64,000 bases of DNA from Synechococcus sp. (GCA_047285305.1 JBJBDL010000003.1:1792001-1856000); one strand, 5' to 3'. Counted from the first letter of the stretch, positions 9,552-17,182 are shown. The notes: generated by a model not told the origin, from the letters alone. Translations and numbers: made by a program.

Positions 9552-9706
9552 ATCAATCAGGCCAATGGGACAGAAAATGCCATTGAAACCATGCATTCCT
9601 CAACTCATTGGCCGTCGCCGAGCTCTGACAATTCCCCTTTTTTCAGTTGAAACGCTTGATATTCCAGCCGTTTTGCGATAAAAGGTTATGAAACGGTTAT
9701 GAAGAG

Positions 9707-9865
9707 ATGAAGACAAGCACGGCCCATTTACGTCTCGAGTCCCTCCAGCTTGCCGCTGAGGAGTGCCTGACCCGCGATGAAGCCCAGAAGATCTTGAGGA
9801 AGGCAGACAAGGCCCACGCCAAGCTCGAGTCTTCCGCAGCCCCCCTCCACCGCCCCAAGAAATGA
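9707..9865 (+). CDS. hypothetical microprotein, 52 aa
   Basis: MKTSTAHLRLESLQLAAEECLTRDEAQKILRKADKAHAKLESSAAPLHRPKK; amphipathic helical pattern. Confidence 0.65.
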   Translation: MKTSTAHLRLESLQLAAEECLTRDEAQKILRKADKAHAKLESSAAPLHRPKK

Positions 9866-10297
9866 CAGGCAACTCAAGCCCGCAGCAGACGAAGAAATAA
9901 ACCCTCTTTCTCACCATCTGGAGTGTTTCCATTTACTCCAACGCCCCTCAAGTCAACTCGGGTTGGCTTTGCTTACCTTGATTGGTCTATGGATTCATGG
10001 GCTGGGTTGCAGCCACTCCTTTCAATCAACAGAACGGTGGTCGTCCTGTTGATAGGTGGGGCTACCAGTGAAAAAGACTGAAGGATGCAGAACGACCATG
10101 AGCGATCTGCTGACATGCTATCCAGATCTCGCCAGAACAGGACACCAGCTCAATCAAGAAAGACGGTGAGAGCTCGAAACCTTTGCAACGGGTCTCATCG
10201 CCTACTCCATGTCGAGCAGATAGTGCATGACGGCAACCCGATGGGACACAGCAATGCCTTCGAGGAGGACAGGGCCGATTAACGCCTCGGGAACGCG

Positions 10298-10561
10298 ATG
10301 AATGCGAGTGAGAGGTTTGATCTCATATGCCGTCCCTTCGAGAGCACCGGAACCGCGACTGCGGTCCCCAATCCCGCTGGCGTCACCCTTGTAATGCCAC
10401 GCAACCTGAGACAGGTGCGCATAGAAATAAGGCCCGATGCGTCAGACCACGATGGCCAGACAAGCATCGAAATCGTCACACGAAAGCACATTGATCCCAT
10501 CACGAACAGCACGTTCGTCAACATCGAGAACCATGTCCTCGAGAGCTGTTTCACCCGTTAA
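10298..10561 (+). CDS. hypothetical protein
   Basis: 87-aa ORF in the same frame as 10085..10282, separated by one TAA; may be a split gene. Confidence 0.35.
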   Translation: MNASERFDLICRPFESTGTATAVPNPAGVTLVMPRNLRQVRIEIRPDASDHDGQTSIEIVTRKHIDPITNSTFVNIENHVLESCFTR

Positions 10562-10595
10562 TTACTAGCAATGGATGGTGCCGCGTCGTGTTGGC

Positions 10596-10721
10596 TCACT
10601 TTCTGCGGGTGAGATCACCGAAATCATCGTCGTTGGGCTGCAAAAATTGCCAAACGACAGGAACTGTTAGGGCGATCGTTAGGCCAATGGTGACCCAGAT
10701 CGCTGTCGTGTAGTCGCCCAT
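10596..10721 (-). CDS. small membrane protein, 41 aa
   Basis: MGDYTTAIWVTIGLTIALTVPVVWQFLQPNDDDFGDLTRRK. Confidence 0.65.
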   Translation of the reverse strand: MGDYTTAIWVTIGLTIALTVPVVWQFLQPNDDDFGDLTRRK

Positions 10722-10779
10722 GCCATGTCCCCGCTCCTGCGGACCTTAACCAGTCCGGGCTGAAGAAGCAGCGAACACG

Positions 10780-10845
10780 CCAGTCACACCTGGACACGCC
10801 CTCACACACGGACCAAGGGCTTCCGAATGCTCCGGCATCCCTTTT
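10780..10845 (+). ncRNA. candidate Yfr1/Yfr10-like sRNA
   Basis: 5' hairpin CCAG-TCACAC-CTGG, unpaired GCCCTCACAC, 3' AAGGG..ATGC/GCAT..CCCTT stem plus T-run. Confidence 0.4.
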
Positions 10846-10912
10846 CAAGACCCAATGATGAGTCCAATACGCCTCATTATGCGATAATTAAGCAATCCTT
10901 AAGAGCTGCCCA

Positions 10913-11164
10913 ATGGGACACTTCGCTAAGCAGCTCAGCGCGCACGAGATCAAGCAGGGCTACGCCCTGCTCAACCTGTTGGAACATCTCGACCGCGAGA
11001 TGGACCTGCTCAATCAGCAGCGAATCCGCGTCGGGCCAACAACCGAGGAAGGACAGCGACTCACCCAGATCAAGCAGAGCCATCTGCGCAAACTGCAGAG
11101 CTGCATCAGCGAACTGAATACCAGTGGCTTCAACGACTGGTTGCTGCACCAGCAGCCTGCCTGA
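10913..11164 (+). CDS. hypothetical helical protein (intact copy)
   Basis: 83-aa ORF MGHFAKQLSAHEIKQGYALLNLLEHLDREMDLL... Confidence 0.8.
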   Translation: MGHFAKQLSAHEIKQGYALLNLLEHLDREMDLLNQQRIRVGPTTEEGQRLTQIKQSHLRKLQSCISELNTSGFNDWLLHQQPA

Positions 11165-11275
11165 CCCTTGAATGGGACTGAGCCATCCCGGGTGAGACAA
11201 CCCTTTGCCGCTTCCGGTCGTTTACCACCCGCACTACTCCGCGCCGCTACCGAGCACCCATCGCTTTCCGATGGC
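10982..11275 (+). repeat. 294-bp perfect direct repeat, copy 1
   Basis: Identical to 15107..15400 by visual comparison. Confidence 0.97.
11205..11275 (+). pseudogene. truncated 5' copy of histone deacetylase family gene
   Basis: MPLPVVYHPHYSAPLPSTHRFPMA is identical to the start of the 15330 gene, then runs into unrelated sequence. Confidence 0.9.
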
Positions 11276-11364
11276 TCCAGAAGCCATAAAGCCTGTTATT
11301 GCAGTCGACCTCAGGGAAGCGCCCTTCGAGAAATCACAACGCAAACAACAACACGCTCAGACAA

Positions 11365-11752
11365 CTCACACCTTCAACAAGGTGGGAGGGGCTCCCCAGC
11401 CAGTCGAAGTAGTCACGATTCATGATCCTTGGCTAGTCGTGGAGATGAGACGAGTCGGCCAGATGTAGGGCGGACTTGGCTCGGGTTAACCCCACAGAGC
11501 GAACACGCGGATCACCCTGTCTGCGCTTGGGTAGTAAGTGACTCGCCTTAGCCGTGATCAGGAGGGTTACGACTGAGTGGCATCGGATCCGGGCAAAGGA
11601 ACCGATGCGGCGGAGCCACACCCCATGCAAGCTTGGCTCCGCTTGTCTCGAAATAGTTACGGGGCTGGCGCTCAGCCATCACGAAGGCAGCAGAAAGCCA
11701 GTCAAACCGGCCTAAGTCGCTGAGAAAGAAGCAGCTACAGCAACAGCAGTAG
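11365..11752 (+). ncRNA. candidate large structured RNA, copy A
   Basis: Aligns in conserved blocks with 11963..12349; helices preserved by compensatory changes; no ORF shared over the full length. Confidence 0.7.
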
Positions 11753-11855
11753 TCGCGAATAAAAAGAGGCGGGCCCCTCAGCCCACCCCAAACAGACGCA
11801 TTAGAAGCAGCTCTGCTTCCAGAACAACAATATCAATTACTAGGCATTACTACTT

Positions 11856-11874
11856 AGCGAGAATCATTCTCGCT
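11856..11874. promoter_or_regulatory. 9-1-9 palindrome, Fur-family-like box
   Basis: AGCGAGAAT-C-ATTCTCGCT perfect inverted repeat with GAGAATnATTCTC core. Confidence 0.55.
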
Positions 11875-11962
11875 TGAGTCATATTCGGCTGACGCGTGCG
11901 GCTCTGCAAACGCGTTGGGAGATGGAAGTGCATGCAGCGGGTTTCCCTCAACCCGCTTCTCC

Positions 11963-12349
11963 CTCATTTTTCATCGCACAGGTGGAGGGCAGCATCTCCA
12001 GCCAATGATCTAGTCGGGATTCATGATCCATGGCTAGGGGTGGAAGTGAGACGAGATGGCCTTGGAGAGTTGGCGGTCTTGGCTCGGGTGATCTGTCCGA
12101 CGGCTGGCCGGATCACCCTGTCTGCGATTTAGCGGCAGTTCACACAATTCAAGCTTGATAAGGACGGTTACGACTGAATTGCACACCGCAAGTGAGAGAG
12201 CTGCGTGTGCGGCGGAGTCACCATCGCTCGGGGCTCCGCTCAACCCCAAATGGTGTAAGGCCCCATTCTCAGCCATCACAAAGGCAGCAGCAAACCAGTC
12301 AAAACGACCTAAGTATCTAAGTCAGCAGCAGATGGAGCAACAGCAGTAC
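11963..12349 (+). ncRNA. candidate large structured RNA, copy B
   Basis: Paralog of copy A about 600 bp downstream with the same order of helices. Confidence 0.7.
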
Positions 12350-12383
12350 TCAAAGGCAAACTGGCTGAACTCTTGATTCGCTG

Positions 12384-12587
12384 ATGGAGCTGAAAATTAA
12401 TGGGCACCCCATCAGCGTTCGCTTTAAAAGCGACGCGGTCGTAGCCCAAAGAGTCGCGGCTCATATCCAGCGCCGCATAAAAGAAGACGATTGGCTTCCC
12501 TTTCAGTCCAAAGAGGATGCGCTGCAGTCGTGGCAAAAGCTTGGGGGCATTCGCGTTCAGGTATTGAGGGCCTACGACCTCATCTGA
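12384..12587 (+). CDS. hypothetical protein
   Basis: MELKINGHPISVRFKSD...DDWLPFQSKEDALQSWQKLGGIRVQVL; protein-like. Confidence 0.75.
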   Translation: MELKINGHPISVRFKSDAVVAQRVAAHIQRRIKEDDWLPFQSKEDALQSWQKLGGIRVQVLRAYDLI

Positions 12588-12837
12588 TCAGCGCACAGGC
12601 GGCGGACAACGCCTCCAGCCCGTCTTCTGCATCGTCTGCCAAGCCTCAATCGCGTTGTGCCGCAGCAACAGCCGTCGCGTCATCGGCTCAGGCGGGCGGG
12701 GCGGAACGTAGCTGTAGGTCCTGATGGCTACCCACTGAGCGGGAACCGTCGCCGTGTCGGGCTTGAAGTGGCAGAGCTTCTGCTGCTGCACCGTCCCTGG
12801 AGCACTTCTGTCGTGATCCTGGGCGCGATTCGTTCAT
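12588..12837 (-). pseudogene. DUF1651-like gene, frameshifted near 5' end
   Basis: HFKP...PPEPMTRRLLLRHNAIEAWQTMQKTGWRRCPP is DUF1651-like; the upstream ATG (12837) is in another frame. Confidence 0.65.
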
Positions 12838-12877
12838 TGCATCAGTAGCTAGTGAACTGTTCATTCCTTAAGTCCGA

Positions 12878-13063
12878 TCAGAACAACCAGACCCCCAACA
12901 ACACGCCTGTTACCAGACCTTTGAACCAGAGCAACGCAGCCATCTGGTAGTCAGAGAGACCGAGCTTGTCCTTGATCCAGAAAAAGACCTTTTTATCTGC
13001 AAAGAGGAGAGGTGGACCGGTTTCCACGGAGCAAGGCCATGCCGAAACCAGTTCATCAGCCAT
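12878..13063 (-). CDS. small membrane protein (start uncertain)
   Basis: C-terminal KKVFFWIKDKLGLSDYQMAALLWFKGLVTGVLLGVWLF. Confidence 0.55.
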   Translation of the reverse strand: MADELVSAWPCSVETGPPLLFADKKVFFWIKDKLGLSDYQMAALLWFKGLVTGVLLGVWLF

Positions 13064-13349
13064 AGACAGCAGATACGACTTGTCTAGCAGCGTTGCCCAC
13101 ACATTCTCGACTTGGAAAAGACAGGAACCTCCTTTTGATCGAACGAAGCCACCGTCTGCACGTAGGTGACTCCGCTGCCCTGGCCGATGCAAATCACCAA
13201 GGGCACCTTCGTCGTAACTCTGTCGAGGAAGCTGGCGACGCCTTACTTGATACCCATCCATCGATGCGTGTCCTGAAATGAACAAAAGAAGATGCACAGC
13301 CGCTGCACATGTCTAATTTTTTGGCTTCTAAGCAAGAATCAATATCGGC

Positions 13350-13541
13350 ATGTATTTCATCGAACGCCGAGGGACTGGCCGTCAATGGATACGGGAAGTG
13401 AACTATAAAAATGAGCTCAAGGCATGGATAGGCGCTCGTCGCAAGGCAATTGCAACCTTGAATACATACCGCGTAGTCCATGAACTCTCTCCAGATCAAG
13501 TGGTCTACTGCGTTAACGGATCTGAACTGGTCAAGGACTAG
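13350..13541 (+). CDS. hypothetical protein
   Basis: MYFIERRGTGRQWIREVNYKNELKAWIGARRKAIATLNTYRVV... Confidence 0.7.
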   Translation: MYFIERRGTGRQWIREVNYKNELKAWIGARRKAIATLNTYRVVHELSPDQVVYCVNGSELVKD

Positions 13542-13913
13542 TCAATTGGGAGTGTGGTGCCGCCTACTCCTGACTTTTCGCCTGTCGCTCATCTTTCAGC
13601 ACTGCTGGCTGCAACGGACAAGCCAGTGCACGAAAAGGCTTGTGTCGTCCATCAAGGATGAGTTCGCCGAGTGATTGAGCGTGATGAAGATGAATCTCCA
13701 TCAGACCTCCTACCAACATCCTTGGTGTAACCAGACAGCGACAATGGTCAAGTGATATCTGATGCCTTTTCGCCATTACGTCGGGTTTCCTCTTACCGAA
13801 AGTGGTCGATATGTTCTTCAATTGCCCATGTCACTCAATCTCGATCCCCCTCAAGCTCTCATATGCGATGAGAATGCCAGCGGCTAGACGCTTACGCGGG
13901 AAAATCAACCAAC

Positions 13914-13929
13914 TGTGAGCTTCGTTACA
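13914..13929. promoter_or_regulatory. CRP/NtcA-like site
   Basis: TGTGA-GCTTCG-TTACA, also readable as GTG-N8-TAC, upstream of the 13981 ORF. Confidence 0.4.
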
Positions 13930-13980
13930 CCATGACTCCTATGACCGAGGCCATAACCAAGAAGTGTTCTCAAAAACAAA

Positions 13981-14184
13981 GTGGCATCAGTAGAGCTGAT
14001 TACTCAAACTCCACGTGGCTCATCCATACAAAGAGTCGAAAGCGGCAAGTTTTTGGTTTGCGATAGCGAGCAATCGTGTTTCGTCGCATGCAGCCTCTAC
14101 TTAGCTGAAGAGCAGCTTGAGGAAATGGAGCATGGATACAGCTTTCCCTACTCAACAGGCTTCCGCATAGCCCGGACAGACTGA
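13981..14184 (+). CDS. hypothetical protein, VCD-x4-C motif
   Basis: ...GKFLVCDSEQSCFVACSLYLAEEQLEEMEHGYSFPYSTGF. Confidence 0.7.
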   Translation: MASVELITQTPRGSSIQRVESGKFLVCDSEQSCFVACSLYLAEEQLEEMEHGYSFPYSTGFRIARTD

Positions 14185-14235
14185 AAGGCTTGTGCGGCTA
14201 AGCAACAGAGCCCGACTTACCGGCATAAAAACCTA

Positions 14236-14263
14236 TTGATTTTGTATCGGTTGCTACTAAAAT
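14236..14263 (+). promoter_or_regulatory. sigma70-type promoter with NtcA box between -35 and -10
   Basis: TTGATT (14236), GTA-TCGGTTGC-TAC (14244-14257), TAAAAT (14258). Confidence 0.65.
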
Positions 14264-14286
14264 ACGCGCAGGTATCGAAGTGATCT

Positions 14287-14556
14287 ATGGCGACACTGCA
14301 GTCAGTCGGAAGAAAAATCCTGACCTACATTTCGCCGAGCGCGAAGGAGCAATCTGCTTATTTTAAAATTACGAGGGATATCTCTGAAGCGCAATTCTAT
14401 CTTGGAAATAGATTTCAGGAAATTTATCTATGGCAAGAGGTCGCAGATCGCGACATGGACATCTCTCGAATAGAGAATCTCTTATATGGATGCTCTTTCC
14501 ATGATGACGAAGTAGCCATGACCGAAGCCGATGATGACTTTATGAGCAAGAAGTAA
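14287..14556 (+). CDS. hypothetical acidic protein, 89 aa
   Basis: ATG-started ORF about 24 nt downstream of a clear -10 element. Confidence 0.7.
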   Translation: MATLQSVGRKILTYISPSAKEQSAYFKITRDISEAQFYLGNRFQEIYLWQEVADRDMDISRIENLLYGCSFHDDEVAMTEADDDFMSKK

Positions 14557-14918
14557 AATCGCCCGGGCAAGCACCACCAGGATCTCTGCTACTAATTTCA
14601 GCCGTATAGCCGAGCCGGGAAGAATTAGCGCTTAAGCAAATATGCCGCCTAGCAGAAGGTGAAAGAATAACCAGAAAATAGCGCCGATTGAAATTGCAGG
14701 AACAGTAAGTCCCATCATTTTTATTGCAACTTCCATATTTTAACGGATATTTCACGAGTCTTTGTTATATTCAACACACAAATATCGCTAAGAGTATTTA
14801 TACGCAAGCCTAGACACTTGCAGTAGTAAATACTCAATACCGACATTTGGTGATACTTGGCACATAGTCTTCATGGCGGTCAAAATCATGATGTCCATAG
14901 CAAGCAATTGAATTATTC

Positions 14919-15062
14919 ATGGACGACCAAAAGAACGAATGTCAACAGCTGAACAAACAGCTTTCTGTCTATCGCGCATTTAATAATCAGAGTGCAATAG
15001 CAGCAATCCTGAGGCAGATGGCTGTTTCACATTGCTCCATCGCTGCATCTCAGCCTGAGTAA
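14919..15062 (+). CDS. hypothetical microprotein, 47 aa
   Basis: MDDQKNECQQLNKQLSVYRAFNNQSAIAAILRQMAVSHCSIAASQPE. Confidence 0.55.
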   Translation: MDDQKNECQQLNKQLSVYRAFNNQSAIAAILRQMAVSHCSIAASQPE

Positions 15063-15106
15063 AAGGACAAAGACGGATAAATCAAAATGGGAATTCTTGG
15101 GATATA

Positions 15107-15400
15107 GAACATCTCGACCGCGAGATGGACCTGCTCAATCAGCAGCGAATCCGCGTCGGGCCAACAACCGAGGAAGGACAGCGACTCACCCAGATCAAGC
15201 AGAGCCATCTGCGCAAACTGCAGAGCTGCATCAGCGAACTGAATACCAGTGGCTTCAACGACTGGTTGCTGCACCAGCAGCCTGCCTGACCCTTGAATGG
15301 GACTGAGCCATCCCGGGTGAGACAACCCTTTGCCGCTTCCGGTCGTTTACCACCCGCACTACTCCGCGCCGCTACCGAGCACCCATCGCTTTCCGATGGC
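15107..15400 (+). repeat. 294-bp perfect direct repeat, copy 2
   Basis: Identical to 10982..11275; holds the 5'-truncated hypothetical gene and the start of the intact HDAC gene. Confidence 0.97.
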
Positions 15401-16247
15401 GAAGTTCCGGCTGCTGCATCAACTCCTGCTGGATCAGGGGGTCGTCCAGGCCGAGGAGGTGCATCGGCCCCTGAGCATCGCCCGCAGAGACCTGGAGAGC
15501 GTTCATCCCCGCGAGTATCACGAAGCCTTCAGCCGTGATCGCCTGACCCGACCGGAGCAACGTCGCATCGGGCTTCCGGCCACACGGCCTTTGGTGCAGC
15601 GCACCTGGCTTGCCGTGGGCGGCACCCTGTTGACGGCACGACTAGCTCTCAAGCGGGGCTTGGCCTCTCATCTGGCGGGCGGCACCCACCACGCCCACCC
15701 TGGCTTCGGGAGTGGCTTCTGCATCTTCAATGACAGTGCTGTCGCCGCACGGGTGTTGCTGGGAACAGGGGAGGTACAGCGGGTTCTGATCGTGGATCTT
15801 GATGTGCACCAAGGAGATGGATCGGCAGCCTGCTTTCAACACGACCCCAGGGTGACCACCCTTTCGGTGCACGCCGCCAGCAATTTCCCCTTGCGCAAAG
15901 TGGACGGGGATATCGACATCCCCCTCGCCGACGGCACCAACGACGACGACTATCTCGCTGCCATTGCCGACCGGTTGCCCGATGCCTTAGACACCATCGC
16001 CCCGGACTTGGTGCTCTACAACGCGGGCGTCGACCCGCATCGCGATGATCGGCTCGGCCGCCTCGCCCTCAGCGATGCGGGATTAAACATGCGCGATCGA
16101 CTCGTGCTCGATGGCTGTCTGCGCCGCAGGATTCCAACCGCAACGGTGATCGGCGGCGGCTACGACGCCCTCGCTCCCCTGGTGCAGCGACACGCCATCG
16201 TGGTGCGTGCTGCTGCCGAGCAGGCTCGCTTGTTCGACCTTCCATGA
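15330..16247 (+). CDS. histone deacetylase family protein
   Basis: GGTHHA, GFCIFND, DLDVHQGDG, GGGY motifs. Confidence 0.95.
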   Translation: MPLPVVYHPHYSAPLPSTHRFPMAKFRLLHQLLLDQGVVQAEEVHRPLSIARRDLESVHPREYHEAFSRDRLTRPEQRRIGLPATRPLVQRTWLAVGGTLLTARLALKRGLASHLAGGTHHAHPGFGSGFCIFNDSAVAARVLLGTGEVQRVLIVDLDVHQGDGSAACFQHDPRVTTLSVHAASNFPLRKVDGDIDIPLADGTNDDDYLAAIADRLPDALDTIAPDLVLYNAGVDPHRDDRLGRLALSDAGLNMRDRLVLDGCLRRRIPTATVIGGGYDALAPLVQRHAIVVRAAAEQARLFDLP

Positions 16248-16834
16248 CTGAGGGAATCTCTGAGGCCATCACTGAGGAGATCCCACCCTGGAGACCTCTG
16301 CTGCGCGCGGCCAGGCAGCGGGAGGGACGCTCCGTTGCCGCCCGCTGGGTGCAACTGGCCACAACAGGACGCGATGGCGCACCTCGGGTGCGAACCCTGG
16401 TGTTCCGCGGCTGGGCCGGTGCAGACCAGCTCGAACTGTTCAGCGATCAGCGCAGCGAGAAGGTGATGGAACTCGCCAACGATGGAGCCTCTGAACTGTG
16501 CTGGTTGTTCCCCAAATCCCGCCAGCAGTACCGACTGCGGGGAAAGGTGAAGCTAATCACAGCCACCGAACAACCTGAGCTCTGCCAGCAGCGCTGGCGA
16601 AAGCTCTCCGACACAGGTCGGGCAGTATGGGGCTGGCCCACCCCGGCGGATCCGCTGGACCCCACGGCAGCCTTCCCCGATCAACTCGCTGAAACTGCAC
16701 CGCTGCCAGACCATTTCGTGGTGCTGAGGCTTCAGGTGATCAGCGTTGAGCGGCTCAACCTCGGCCCTCATCCCCATCAACGCACGCGTTGGAGCGCGGA
16801 TACGCTCTGGCAAGAGCAACCGCTGAACCCTTAA
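16244..16834 (+). CDS. pyridoxamine 5'-phosphate oxidase family protein
   Basis: QLATTG..PRVRTLVFRGW, D.RSEK, QYRLRG. Confidence 0.88.
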   Translation: MTEGISEAITEEIPPWRPLLRAARQREGRSVAARWVQLATTGRDGAPRVRTLVFRGWAGADQLELFSDQRSEKVMELANDGASELCWLFPKSRQQYRLRGKVKLITATEQPELCQQRWRKLSDTGRAVWGWPTPADPLDPTAAFPDQLAETAPLPDHFVVLRLQVISVERLNLGPHPHQRTRWSADTLWQEQPLNP

Positions 16835-17182
16835 TCACCACCAACGCTCAACGCGACCAACAGACGGAAGGCCGGGTTCACTGGGCACCGTCACCACCGA
16901 CAGCCGCTGCAGGTCTCGGCGGTAATCAAAGCGGCAGAAGCCAACGCCAGTTCCGGAACAGGCCGAAAGACTTTCGAGCGCAACAGAGGCCCAGCGCCGC
17001 TCCTCGGTGGTTGGCTTTGTTTCCGGGGCAGGACGCCAGCCATCAGCAATCAAGTGGCGATTCGCCTCAAGGATGGTTTGACTAGCGCTGAGCTGCGGCT
17101 CAGGTCTGGCCAAGGCAGACCCGCACACCAACCAGGGCAGAAACAGCGACAAGACAACACAACGGGCCATGGAGGGGCTCAT
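16835..17182 (-). CDS. putative secreted hypothetical protein
   Basis: Signal-peptide-like N-terminus; CSGTGVGFC motif. Confidence 0.7.
   Translation of the reverse strand: MSPSMARCVVLSLFLPWLVCGSALARPEPQLSASQTILEANRHLIADGWRPAPETKPTTEERRWASVALESLSACSGTGVGFCRFDYRRDLQRLSVVTVPSEPGLPSVGRVERWW

Larger units (their letters stand above)
4990..15106. mobile_element. tRNA-Pro-associated genomic island / hypervariable region (no integrase visible)
   Basis: Starts after the tRNA terminator; visibly lower GC; no credible long gene; many microproteins and gene remnants; boundaries approximate. Confidence 0.7.

Noticed and set aside
9862..10071. Membrane-protein-like frame with two internal stops
   Set aside because: No recognisable family; cannot be separated from chance.
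11433..12279. ORF-track ORFs across the two RNA copies
   Set aside because: Frames are not preserved between copies; apparent peptide similarity follows from nucleotide conservation.
11365..12349. Assigning the repeated RNA to tmRNA, RNase P, cobalamin riboswitch, group I/II intron or CRISPR
   Set aside because: No tRNA-like acceptor or T-arm, no GAGGAAAGTCC, no AGGGAA/GCCCCCGC B12 core, no group II domain V. The GACTG/CAGTC pair only loosely resembles group I P7. Conserved blocks differ from each other, so this is not a CRISPR array. A covariance-model search is still needed.
4900..15400. att-like duplication of the tRNA-Pro 3' end, or an integrase
   Set aside because: No second copy of the tRNA end and no recombinase or transposase ORF found by eye.
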